DNA of 63,027 bases, filler included, from Octopus bimaculoides (GCF_001194135.2; 4 parts of 4 records of this genome joined end to end with filler, not necessarily neighbours in it), one strand, 5' to 3'; positions 23,946 to 37,489 are shown, numbered from the whole stretch's first letter. Notes: a model not told the origin generated them from the letters alone. Made by a program: numbers and translations.

Positions 23946-24454
23946 TTTCTGCTGAATGGGGTTGCTGGACTTCCTGTTCGAAAATATAAAGAGACACAGA
24001 TATTGTAACGTATAGCCAGCTAGAAACGATGTTTCCTGGGGCTAAACAACAGTAGCAATCGTCCTATCCAGGACAGCTATATTATGTTGGCAAACAATCT
24101 TTACTTTATATACATATATATATATATATACTCACACACACACACGAGTGTAGTAAGCGTTAACACTCATATACAAAATGTGTGTTTGCTTGTTCAATGG
24201 TCGGCTACGATTCAGGAGCAATAGATATCAATGTTTCACCATTTTTGTGGCTTATCAACACCACGTACTTGAAGGTAATTTTATAGTTAGAGGTATATAT
24301 AAAGTTATGGAAATTTGTATATATGCAAGTACGCACGTATACATATACACACATACACATGTATCCATACGTCCGTATATATACACGCAGACACATGCAT
24401 ATACCTACACATATACATACATCCACACGCGCACACATATCCGCACATACATGT

Positions 24455-24486
<32 letters not shown>

Positions 24487-24499
24487 AATAGTCATGGTA

Positions 24500-24945
24500 T
24501 GACAACAAAAGAATGAATGAGACCTCGATATTATCTGTAATTTATCTGTAATATAATATGTGACAATTATTCGGTTGCCATAATAACACTCCGAGTTTTG
24601 GATGTAGGGGCGGAAATTTGCTCCGGCATCTCGTCAATTATTAAGGCAATCAAAAAATTTAGAAATGTGTAGGCATGTACATCGGCGCGTACGCGATTTC
24701 TATGAGCATTTTTACATTTTTACTTTTTTACTTTCTCCCCTTCGGTTTTTTCCCCTTATTTAACGGTCATTCTAATAGCTCTTTTGTCTTAATAACGGTC
24801 AATCACAAAGTAATCTCCCTTGTTTAACGGTCATTTTCATAGCATTTTTTGATTATCTCGATAGCTGAAGAGATGCCAGTGCAGATTTCCGCCCCGACAT
24901 CCGAAACTCGGAGCTTTATTATGGCAACCGAATAATTGTTACATA
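24500..24945. mobile_element. Family A divergent pair; both hammerhead cores mutated
   Basis: Minus copy 24500-24650 has TTGACGA...CATCCAAAAC..GTG. Plus copy 24740-24945 has CTGAAGA 24865-24871, GAAAC 24903-24907 and triplet GCT. Confidence 0.85.
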
Positions 24946-25639
24946 TATTACAGATATATATATTTACATGCGCAAATACATGAATACGTATGCACACCCA
25001 CACATACATATATATAGATGCGTTTACTCCTTTTATCTACCACCCCTTAGAAGAAGTGAATACAGATCCGTATAGTTCGATTCATTCCGATTGGTTAATG
25101 AAATTTTGAATTATTTTGTTTACTTTATAGCGTTTCAAGGAAAGTATATTTGTTTTGAACGGTTTTGCAAACTTTTGGTGTCTGGATGTGCATATCAAAG
25201 TAACTGACATTTAGATACGCATGTGTACAAGCGTACATAAATTTAATCAGAGATATACATATACGCATACATACGCCTATACATACATAAACACACACAT
25301 AGAGGCACATACTTACGCCTGAACAGACGCACACATATGTACGCATACACTCAGACACATACACGTGTACTTATATACATATATATACACAAATACGGAT
25401 ATATATATATATATANNNNNNNNNNNNNNNNNNNNNNNNNNNNNNNNNNNNNNNNNNNNNNNNNNNNNNNNNNNNNNNNNNNNNNNNNNNNNNNNNNNNN
25501 NNNNNNNNNNNNNNNNNNNNNNNNNNNNNNNNNNNNNNNNNNNNNNNNNNNNNNNNNNNNNNNNNNNNNNNNNNNNNNNNNNNNNNNNNNNNNNNNNNNN
25601 NNNNNNNNNNNNNNNNNNNNNNNNNNNNNNNNNNNNNNN

Positions 25640-25675
<36 letters not shown>

Positions 25676-27490
25676 ATATGCATATACGTACTTTTATATA
25701 CATATATACATATATACACAGATGCACATACATACATCCGCATACATGCATGTCCAAATACATATGAACACACATATACGCACATGCGTATATATCACAC
25801 CTGACATATATACATATATACACACATGTTCCCTTGTACACATACATACATAGGCACACATTCACCCCTAAACATACATATGTGGCTTTACATGCTTACA
25901 GATACATACAGAGATACGTAAGATATGTGGATAGATATGTCTACATATATGTGCACATATACACCCATGTACATGCATGTCTCAGTATACATACACACAC
26001 AATGGATATATATATATATATGCATATATACATACGCACACACATATACGCAGGAGTACATGTATGCATTCCCACGCACTCATGTTTTGGTTACATTTGG
26101 TCGTATTTATATACACATACATACATACATATACATGCATATAAACATATATATACATATATACATATAAACATATATAACAAGCATACACATGCATATA
26201 TATGTATACATATACACACACATATATATGCATATATGAGTACAGGACGTCACCAACAGATGAAATACGAAAACAAATGAGTTAAATACGCAAACAATGA
26301 GAGAAAATATGAAGAACAGGACAAGTAACACAAAGAACGACCCTTGTTGGCTGTCTATCTACTCCTCATTTCGAGCATGTATATATATATATATATATAT
26401 ATNNNNNNNNNNNNNNNNNNNNNNNNNNNNNNNNNNNNNNNNNNNNNNNNNNNNNNNNNNNNNNNNNNNTACATACATACAGACATAAACCTGCATATAG
26501 GTAAGTTAGCGGTTGTAATGACCATCTAAGGGATAATATTATCCATACTTACTATCAGTATCAGTTACCTATGCTATTCTTGGGCATGGGTATGCAGGCA
26601 CACTATGCTGATAGGGTGCAGGTAACAACAGAATGTTTAAAAAGTGTATCAGTAATCAAATTTGAATAATCAGAAAATGGAGAAAACTTTTGATCAACAA
26701 ACAAACAAATTGACCAACTTCGGTTGATTATTTTTTAATACAAAAATTGACATAACATCTCTTACGGCCGTTTCTGCTTCCAATGTTAGTCGGTACTTCC
26801 GACAGAAATTCCGAAAATAATATTCATCTTCATTGCTCATTCGATCTAGTTTTATCAGAGTGAATACAAATGCAAATAATAAAATAAACGAAAGGAAGTG
26901 GAGAGATGAAAGAGCAGGGCCTTGAGATGACGCCGGAAGGCTCAATATATTAGAATCATACCATCTTGCAGAGTGGAGCTTGAAGACTATAGCTTGAAGA
27001 CTATATGTAAAAGAGTGATCTAACAGTGATTTAGAGAAATATTTATGGGTTATTTCTATATAAAGAGGAACCAGGGTGTGTGAGTAGTTGTGAAATGAAG
27101 AAGCGGAAATGGCCGTAAGAAATGTTAAATCATGTTTTGTATTAAAATATAATCAACCGATGTTGGCCAATGTGGTTGTTTGTTGATCAAAGGTTTTCTC
27201 CATTTTCTGATTATTTAAATTTTATACCTGCATATATATACACAGACACACACCTGCATAAACAATGATATATGTATATCGTTACACACACGTGCATGTG
27301 CTCTTACCCGCACATGCACACATGCACATATATACATATACAGACATACGTTCATATGCATATATACACAATGATGAATGTGTCTGTTCATACACACACA
27401 TGTGTGCACACAGATACGCATCTACATACATACACGTTTAAAATATGTATCATAACTAATTAAGTGTGTATGCGTACATCTACGTAGGTA
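25640..27490 (+). repeat. Left arm of a long low-complexity inverted repeat, interrupted at about 26240-27225
   Basis: 25830-25985 is the reverse complement of 29950-30105. 27300-27480 is the reverse complement of 29462-29660. Confidence 0.75.
26658..27222. mobile_element. Fold-back or MITE-like element with inverted repeats of about 120 bp
   Basis: 26658-26780 and 27100-27222 are reverse complements with scattered mismatches. Confidence 0.85.
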
Positions 27491-27744
27491 TAAAGGAAAG
27501 GAAAATATTTTATTCAGTTGTATGTAAAAACTATTATAAGGCGGGAGAGAATTATTTTAGTGGAAATAATTTCTAAGAATGCATAAGGTGTGTACATAAA
27601 TAGGCACATATTAGTTTAAATTGTATATATACACATATATATGCATATACATACTCACATAAATATATGCACGTACATGCGCACGCATGCACACACATAT
27701 ATACACCCGCATACACTTATGTACATATATATCTATACATATAC

Positions 27745-27779
<35 letters not shown>

Positions 27780-27782
27780 TAT

Positions 27783-27831
<49 letters not shown>

Positions 27832-28370
27832 TACACACACATACATAGACACACGTACCTATGCATATACACGTACAATCACATACCATACACAAGTATG
27901 TTGGTTCAATTTTGTTGAGTTGTGTTTGAAAAAATTATTAAGGAGGGGAGAGATTCATGTAAGTCTAAGAAAAATGTTGAAGTATACAAAAGTTGTTTGT
28001 ATATATAAAAAAGTTAAATAAACAAATAAGTAAATAGGCACCTATTAACTTAAATTGCATATACGTATATAAACACAAGTATAAATAAACAAATAAATAA
28101 ATAGGCGCATATTGATTTAAATCGTATGTACATGTATATATATATATACACACATGTACATATATACACACGCACATACACATACATACACATACATATA
28201 TATACATATATATACACATATACTCATGCATACATATTTGTATATACACACATATACATACATATACATACACACATATACATACACACATACATATATA
28301 CATATACACATATATACATACATATACATATAATACATATATCTGGGTGGGTGTGTGTGTGTGTGTGTGT

Positions 28371-28402
<32 letters not shown>

Positions 28403-28839
28403 TCAAAGAGTATTAAGAAGATGTTGTTAAGGACGTGTAAATATGGTTATTAATGTAAGGCAAAGAGGTAAGCAATAGTCAAATAGTTATTAATGTTATC
28501 AAGTGTGTATTTTCAAATGTTAGTAAATGGTTACTAAGAATATGTAAAGGTGGTTATTTATATGAGGTATTGGGTACAATAATAATTTTAGATGTAATGG
28601 TTATTGTCATTATTATTAGTAGTAGTATAGTTAAGTAAAAGTTTGGGAGGAAGGGAATTATATTAGTGGAGTTAAAGAATTAAAGGCATTATACAATTTT
28701 TCCCGTGAGAGGCATTTTTTAATGTCAAACAGTTATTAATGTTATATATTATATTATTATACTATTGTTATGTTATATTATATAGTATAGTTATACTATA
28801 CGATAGTTTAATCATATATTAATTAATTACTTACATTTG

Positions 28840-29448
28840 GAGAACATATATTTTCCCGCATGAATATAAGTAATATTTTTCTCTTTTGGTAAGTTAAGTA
28901 GTGTATTCCTGGAAGTAAGAATATAGAAGGTCTCTGTGATGCATAGATTACATTTCTTGTTATTGGTTTTATAAGCCGTTACAGAAGCAATGATATCTCA
29001 TTTAATTTCAAATTCAATGTCATTATCTTTTAATTCCCATATGAATTTGATTAATCCGGTGGAGTTGATTTTCTGATTATTTTTAAAATATTGGAGATGG
29101 TTAGCCATGCGAGTCTTAACTTTATTTTCGGTAGAGCCAATGTAATTTTTTTTTCCCGGAGCTTCAACTGTGCATTGATAGACTACATTTCTTCTCTTAC
29201 ATGAATACTTAAATTTACTAAATTTACAGTCACGATTTTCATAAATGTGCGTATTTATTAGAAGAATTGATATGAATGGAGTTAATATGGGTAATTACGG
29301 TTCCATAATTGGGAATTATGTGGCCGTTATTATTAGAGTTTGTGGGGTTTGGGAGATATGGTTTAAGTTTAGGAGAATTAGTAGAATTGTTGTCATGGCA
29401 ATTTTTATTGGTGTAAAATTCATTTAATTTTCTGTTGTTAATTGACAA
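28840..29448 (-). pseudogene. Penelope-like GIY-YIG endonuclease domain, decayed
   Basis: Translates as RNVVYQCTVEAPGKKNYIGSTENKVKTRMANH...STGLIKFIWELKDNDIEFEIK*DII...KCNLCITETFYIL...LLN. Confidence 0.88.
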
Positions 29449-29454
29449 TATATA

Positions 29455-30267
29455 CTTAAGTAGATGTATGCATACGAATACACGCGTAATTAATTATGAT
29501 ATACGAAGATACATATTTTAAACGTGCATGTAGGTAGATGTATATCTAAGTACACACACCTGTGTGTATGAATAGACGCATACGTCTGTGTGTACATGCG
29601 TATGAACGTATGTCTGTATATGTATATATGTGCATGCATAAATGTGCGGGTATGACCACATGCACGTGAGTGTGCAGATATACATATATCTGTATTTATA
29701 CAGGTGTGTGTGTGTGTGTGTATATATATATATGCAGGTATATGTGTGTATGTAAGTGTATGTATGCATATATATGTGTGTGTGTGCGTGTACATATATA
29801 TGTATGCATGTGTATGCGTGTATATACATATTTATATGTATATATGTGTGTGTGTATGTATATACGAGCAAATGTATACAACCATAAGTGCGTGCGAATG
29901 TATACATGTACACCTGCGTATGTGTGTAAAAATATATGTGTGTATGTATGCTGAGACATACATGTGAATGGATATATATGCGTACATATATGTAGACATA
30001 TCTATCTACATGTCTTATGTATCTCTGTATGTGTCTGAATTGCATGTATAGCCACATATGTATGTTTAGGGGTGAATGTGTGCCTCTGTATGTATGTGCA
30101 TGAGGGAACGTGTGAGTATATATGTATATATGTAAGCTGTGATATATATGTATGTACGTATATGCGCGTTCATATATATATATATAGACATGCATGTATG
30201 CGAATGTATGTATGTGCATCTGTGTATATATGTATATAAATGTATGTATATGCATATATACATGTGT

Positions 30268-30300
<33 letters not shown>
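29455..30300 (-). repeat. Right arm of the long low-complexity inverted repeat
   Basis: Reverse complement of the 25640-26240 and 27230-27490 blocks. Confidence 0.75.
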
Positions 30301-30347
<47 letters not shown>

Positions 30348-30872
30348 NNNNNNNNNNNNNNNNNNNNNNNNNNNNNNNNNNNNNNNNNNNNNNNNNNNNN
30401 NNNNNNNNNNNNNNNNNNNNNNNNNNNNNNNNNNNNNNNNNNNNNNNNNNNNNNNNNNNNNNNNNNNNNNNNNNNNNNNNNNNNNNNNNNNNNNNNNNNN
30501 NNNNNNNNNNNNNNNNNNNNNNNNNNNNNNNNNNNNNNNNNNNNNNNNNNNNNNNNNNNNNNNNNNNNNNNNNNNNNNNNNNNNNNNNNNNNNNNNNNNN
30601 NNNNNNNNNNNNNNNNNNNNNNNNNNNNNNNNNNNNNNNNNNNNNNNNNNNNNNNNNNNNNNNNNNNNNNNNNNNNNNNNNNNNNNNNNNNNNNNNNNNN
30701 NNNNNNNNNNNNNNNNNNNNNNNNNNNNNNNNNNNNNNNNNNNNNNNNNNNNNNNNNNNNNNNNNNNNNNNNNNNNNNNNNNNNNNNNNNNNNNNNNNNN
30801 NNNNNNNNNNNNNNNNNNNNNNNNNNNNNNNNNNNNNNNNNNNNNNNNNNNNNNNNNNNNNNNNNNNNNNNN

Positions 30873-30873
30873 T

Positions 30874-30966
<93 letters not shown>

Positions 30967-31027
30967 CAGATAGATAGATAGATAGATAGATATATAGATA
31001 GATAGACAGATAGATAGATAGATAGAT
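30873..31027. repeat. (GATA)n microsatellite
   Basis: Directly visible. Confidence 0.97.
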
Positions 31028-31249
31028 AATACATTTCTAAATCTCTCAGAGAGATTTATGCAATAGTGATACGGGTATGTATATATATATATATGTATAT
31101 ATTTTGGGCGAATGTGTGGGTGAGCATGTGTGTGTTTCAAGTGAGGGTGGATGAGTATATATATATATAGGCACATGTACGTGGGTGTGCGGGCGCGCAT
31201 GTGTATGTATGGATATGCGTGATTACGCGATTACTATGAATATTTTTAC

Positions 31250-31530
31250 TCCCTTACCTTTACTTCCTCCCCTTACTTAGCGGTCATTCTAATAGCTCTT
31301 TTGTCTTAATAACGGTCAATCACACAGTAATTTCCTTTTGTTTAACGGTCATGATCATAGCACTCTTTTGATGGCCCGATAACTGAAGAGATGCCGACGT
31401 GGATCTCCGCTCCGACATCCGAAACTCGGAGTTTTATCATGGCTACCGAATAATTGTCACATATTATATTTACAGATAAATTCCTCTATTTACATAATAT
31501 CGAGGTCTCTTTCATTCTTTTGTTGTCTTA
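31250..31530 (+). mobile_element. Family A unit, single copy
   Basis: Colinear with 24740-24945. It ends GAGGTCTCTTTCATTCTTTTGTTGTC, the same end seen inverted at 19630, 24500 and 37490. Confidence 0.88.
31372..31445 (+). ncRNA. Type I hammerhead ribozyme, family A, core intact (GUU triplet)
   Basis: GATAA/TTATC stem I; CTGAAGA 31383-31389; GATG/CATC; GAAAC 31421-31425; ACTCGGAGT; GTT 31431-31433. Confidence 0.75.
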
Positions 31531-32791
31531 ACACTTCTATCAGTATATATATTTATGCGAGCTGGCAGAAACGTTAGCACGCCGGGCNNNNNNNNNNNNN
31601 NNNNNNNNNNNNNNNNNNNNNNNNNNNNNNNNNNNNNNNNNNNNNNNNNNNNNNNNNNNNNNNNNNNNNNNNNNNNNNNNNNNNNNNNNNNNNNNNNNNN
31701 NNNNNNNNNNNNNNNNNNNNNNNNNNNNNNNNNNNNNNNNNNNNNNNNNNNNNNNNNNNNNNNNNNNNNNNNNNNNNNNNNNNNNNNNNNNNNNNNNNNN
31801 NNNNNNNNNNNNNNNNNNNNNNNNNNNNNNNNNNNNNNNNNNNNNNNNNNNNNNNNNNNNNNNNNNNNNNNNNNNNNNNNNNNNNNNNNNNNNNNNNNNN
31901 NNNNNNNNNNNNNNNNNNNNNNNNNNNNNNNNNNNNNNNNNNNNNNNNNNNNNNNNNNNNNNNNNNNNNNNNNNNNNNNNNNNNNNNNNNNNNNNNNNNN
32001 NNNNNNNNNNNNNNNNNNNNNNNNNNNNNNNNNNNNNNNNNNNNNNNNNNNNNNNNNNNNNNNNNNNNNNNNNNNNNNNNNNNNNNNNNNNNNNNNNNNN
32101 NNNNNNNNNNNNNNNNNNNNNNNNNNNNNNNNNNNNNNNNNNNNNNNNNNNNNNNNNNNNNNNNNNNNNNNNNNNNNNNNNNNNNNNNNNNNNNNNNNNN
32201 NNNNNNNNNNNNNNNNNNNNNNNNNNNNNNNNNNNNNNNNNNNNNNNNNNNNNNNNNNNNNNNNNNNNNNNNNNNNNNNNNNNNNNNNNNNNNNNNNNNN
32301 NNNNNNNNNNNNNNNNNNNNNNNNNNNNNNNNNNNNNNNNNNNNNNNNNNNNNNNNNNNNNNNNNNNNNNNNNNNNNNNNNNNNNNNNNNNNNNNNNNNN
32401 NNNNNNNNNNNNNNNNNNNNNNNNNNNNNNNNNNNNNNNNNNNNNNNNNNNNNNNNATATATATATATATATAAAGAGAGAGAGACAGACAGAGCGCGCA
32501 ATAAACATAAACACGCACGCAAACGAATATAGAGAGAGATGTACAAACATACATACAAACATACATGCATGCATGCCATACATACACACATACATACAAA
32601 CATACTTCGAAACGCCGGTGTTAAAACGGAGGTAGCTGATGAAGTAGAATGTTCTCTATGTGGCTTGTGTTTTTTCTCGTCTCTGTTTTGTTTGCAATGT
32701 CCTGTACCCAGATATGCACCTATACATACAAGTGGATGTCGGTATGCACATACCTGTACGTATATATGCATATACTCATTTACTATTTGTT

Positions 32792-32823
<32 letters not shown>

Positions 32824-32897
32824 CATACACACATACATACATACATACATACATAAATACACACATACATACATACATGCATACATACATACATACA

Positions 32898-32932
<35 letters not shown>

Positions 32933-33272
32933 TATCTCTGTGAATGCGAGTGGAATGAATCTTAAGAAGCTGTGCATATTTGTAGACAAGTGTTTGTGTC
33001 AATGTGTTACCATTTGTGTGTACCTATGTACCTATGAGTCTGAAATAAGCTCCAGCACCATGTCATCTTTTCCCCTCCGCGCAAAGAATAAATGAAATGA
33101 AAACAACAGAGATTGTTTGCGAAGATCGCATTTCTATTCACCCCATACATGTGTATAGGTATATATATGCATGCATGTGAGTATGTTTTTGTATATGTGC
33201 ATGTATATGTATATCAGTTTATGTGGATATATGAGCGTATGTGTGCGTGTGTGTGTCTGTCTGTCTGTCTGT

Positions 33273-33320
<48 letters not shown>

Positions 33321-33424
33321 CACAGAATTTAGAATATTTGTGGTTGTGTTAGCGAAGTATGTCTTTTTGCTTTAAGCTAATAAGGGTATCCGATAATACA
33401 CACTCATACACACACACTCAAATG

Positions 33425-33425
33425 C

Positions 33426-33508
<83 letters not shown>

Positions 33509-33541
33509 AAAGCAGGCAGACAGACAGACAGACAGACAGGC

Positions 33542-33606
<65 letters not shown>
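33425..33606. repeat. (GATA)n/(GACA)n microsatellite
   Basis: Directly visible. Confidence 0.97.
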
Positions 33607-33650
33607 NNNNNNNNNNNNNNNNNNNNNNNNNNNNNNNNNNNNNNNNNNNN

Positions 33651-33662
33651 TTAATTAATTAA
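33651..33662. other. Assembly linker TTAATTAATTAA
   Basis: Embedded in an N gap. Confidence 0.9.
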
Positions 33663-33723
33663 NNNNNNNNNNNNNNNNNNNNNNNNNNNNNNNNNNNNNN
33701 NNNNNNACCACCACCACCATCAC

Positions 33724-33772
<49 letters not shown>

Positions 33773-35760
33773 AGCAGCAGAACCACCACCACCATCACTA
33801 CACACGCACCACCACCACCACTACACATACACCACCACCACTACCACCTCAACCATAACAACAACGGCGACGACGACCACTACCATGGCCGCTTCTAGCA
33901 TTAACACCATCACTACCACTACTGTCATGACCAGCACTAACCTGACCTCACGACCCCGACCATCATCATTATCACGATCACCACCATCACCATCAACGTC
34001 GTACTAATCTCATGTAGTACAAATATTTATGCATATATTTACAAATGTTTACATCGTTGCTTCATTATGTTAAATATTTCGAATAATGTATTTGATAGTT
34101 TAGTGTAACACCCGAACATATGTCATGACAAGCGAAATATAGATAATTACATTGTAATAATAAAGATATTTACACTTTCATTCTTTCTTTTAATGTGAAT
34201 TAATAACTAGCCAGGATAGGTTTTTTTTTTTTTTTTACTTTTCACCCTTCAGAGTCAATAAAATACACATGCAATTCATATATTGAAGGGAATTGAATCG
34301 TCTATTCTCTCTCCGCCTCCATTTGTAGGCTTATAAGAAATCACTATTGATTATTTAGCTCTCAATGTGATTCAAAATATCAGAAGCTAATCCATTCAAA
34401 AATATTGACTTTTGTGAGCACACATGCACAAAGTCTGGGGTTACTTTTCCATTCTTTTCCGCGAAGGAACATAGTACTGTACACGCATTTCCCATGAATA
34501 AACGGGATACAAGAAATAAAATGATNNNNNNNNNNNNNNNNNNNNNNNNNNNNNNNNNNNNNNNNNNNNNNNNNNNNNNNNNNNNNNNNNNNNNNNNNNN
34601 NNNNNNNNNNNNNNNNNNNNNNNNNNNNNNNNNNNNNNNNNNNNNNNNNNNNNNNNNNNNNNNNNNNNNNNNNNNNNNNNNNNNNNNNNNNNNNNNNNNN
34701 NNNNNNNNNNNNNNNNNNNNNNNNNNNNNNNNNNNNNNNNNNNNNNNNNNNNNNNNNNNNNNNNNNNNNNNNNNNNNNNNNNNNNNNNNNNNNNNNNNNN
34801 NNNNNNNNNNNNNNNNNNNNNNNNNNNNNNNNNNNNNNNNNNNNNNNNNNNNNNNNNNNNNNNNNNNNNNNNNNNNNNNNNNNNNNNNNNNNNNNNNNNN
34901 NNNNNNNNNNNNNNNNNNNNNNNNNNNNNNNNNNNNNNNNNNNNNNNNNNNNNNNNNNNNNNNNNNNNNNNNNNNNNNNNNNNNNNNNNNNNNNNNNNNN
35001 NNNNNNNNNNNNNNNNNNNNNNNNNNNNNNNNNNNNNNNNNNNNNNNNNNNNNNNNNNNNNNNNNNNNNNNNNNNNNNNNNNNNNNNNNNNNNNNNNNNN
35101 NNNNNNNNNNNNNNNNNNNNNNNNNNNNNNNNNNNNNNNNNNNNNNNNNNNNNNNNNNNNNNNNNNNNNNNNNNNNNNNNNNNNNNNNNNNNNNNNNNNN
35201 NNNNNNNNNNNNNNNNNNNNNNNNNNNNNNNNNNNNNNNNNNNNNNNNNNNNNNNNNNNNNNNNNNNNNNNNNNNNNNNNNNNNNNNNNNNNNNNNNNNN
35301 NNNNNNNNNNNNNNNNNNNNNNNNNNNNNNNNNNNNNNNNNNNNNNNNNNNNNNNNNNNNNNNNNNNNNNNNNNNNNNNNNNNNNNNNNNNNNNNNNNAA
35401 AAAAGAAAGAGATGCATGGACTTATAAGATCGCTGGCTCTACTCAAATCTGAATAACAAATGAAATTATTATTAACAAGTGAAGTGTCATACCATTGAAG
35501 ATTCGGTTTTTATCATATTTCTGACAACAACAACCGGTTATTCTTGAATATGAAGAATATTCCATAAAATGAAGAAGACATTTCAATTAAGAATGATGAG
35601 TTGATTCAACCAATCAAACAAACGGATTTGCTGATGATAATATAGAACCTGGAGAATTTTATTTTATATATAATACTGAAACTTTAGTTGTGCATCCAGA
35701 GCAGAAACAAGCCTGAAATGGGGCCTCTGACTGGAATGAGTTCATTTGAGTAACGCTTAC

Positions 35761-35856
35761 TCCTTCACTGGGCAGAGTTCGGTGCATGAAGAGGCAGGTC
35801 GAAATCACATGATCTGGTGGTCTTAGCACTGGCGCTGACGGGGATTTATCTCCCCG
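35761..35856 (-). CDS. Candidate 96-nt internal exon of an unknown host gene
   Basis: Bounded by ...TCGCTAG and GTAAGC. A single open frame reads RGDKSPSAPVLRPPDHVISTCLFMHRTLPSEG. No homology recognised. Confidence 0.25.
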
Positions 35857-37489
35857 CTAGCGATATAAACAAGAGTGCATTTTGCACCAAAAGCCAATAT
35901 GAGAGTTTCTCATGGTAATTACTGCACTATAGTCTGTTCTAACAGAACATCCACGTTTAAATGGGAATAGATATTACATCGCGGTATCAATACTGCTTCT
36001 GTCGCTAATATGCACTTTTTGGCATAAAGAATTTACTAATGGGCGATGAAGAAGGCACAAACGAACAATCTACCATGATTAAAATATTTTCAATAAAGTG
36101 AGGATTATCAGCAAAATTTGTCTAGAATCTTTGTATTCAAATGAGAACGACGATCTTTACCTTAAGACTTCTAAATCTAGGTTTAATTCTGAGAGCCGGT
36201 ACCTCGCTATTGTGCTTCATGGCATGAAAGAAATGCGAGTTAACTTGCTTCTTAGTCCGTACAGGTAACATTTTCCGATGATCCAATTTCTTATTTACGA
36301 CAGCTAAGTGAAAACTAAGGAGATATAGAACAAAATGTTCAGACACGTCGAAAGGCCTGATCAGATTCGAATTAATACAACGGAAGCTAGTCATCCATAT
36401 TAATTTGAGTCATTCATGTCTACATATTCTATTACCAATGAAGAAAATTGGACGATACAAAGGTTAAAAATATACACAGTTGAAATATTTGGAAGAGACA
36501 ACAATTGATTAGCATTAAAAGTTTGGTTTTGTAACTAATAATACTAACACAATACATTGATCAACATAGTTTCCCCAAGATACTAAATAAGACAACAGCT
36601 CTGCTGATACCGAACGATAATTCTTCACTAAATAACTCAAGTAATGTAATGCGTTGTCAAGACACACAAATTAGTTGCTGACCTCATGTCTTTGCGCACA
36701 AAGAAAAATTTTGCAACTACATAAAATCCTTTAGCTAGATTAATTTCACGGCTGATTACGAAACTACCACCTCGAGGTGATGAACGAGGAAAGAAAGTCT
36801 ACCACTTGTCCTTATCGGTACATCTGATGAAGTCACAAAAATGCATACACACAATCATGCATGCATGTATGCATTCAATTTGTGTTTAGACAACTGAAAA
36901 ACAGAGAAGAAAAAGAGATACAGACATACAAACACTACTAAACGCATGCCTTATACAGCATGAGAAGTGACGAGCATCGTATTTGCTTTAAGGGAAAATG
37001 TTGCAAATTCAAGTAGATTGTGAAATAGAGTAATTGAATGTTTTAAATAGTTCTCTTTTGAATTATGAGTCAGAAACAGAAACGGAGAAGATGGATTTTG
37101 AATTTAATTCTGAGTTTCGACTCTAGAATTCGCTTACAAAGACTATGCCCATCTTTCAATAATTGGCTCATCTACTCCACTCACTTTACTTTCTCACTCA
37201 CTTTCTGACTTAGGTTCAAAGCCAGCTATATTGTAGGGAGGGGATTGGTCGATACTATTCATCCAACATCAGCATTATTAACAACAACAACAACAACAAC
37301 AACAACAATAATAATAATAATAATAATAATCCTTTTGTCTTGAAACTTTGGGGGAGGGGGGGGAGCAAGTCGATTACATCGCCCCAGTGCATAACTGGTA
37401 ATTATTTCACATCGACCCCTATGCTACTTGTCCCGTTTTCCGTTTGTTATGCATATATATATATGCGTATATATGTATATATTTGACAG

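Larger units (their letters stand above)
23220..24107. mobile_element. Family C: 340-bp tandem unit (1.5 copies) plus an inverted copy
   Basis: AAACATTAT..TTTCTAAATCTCTCA recurs at 23220 and 23560. 23749-24107 is the reverse complement of the unit. Confidence 0.9.
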
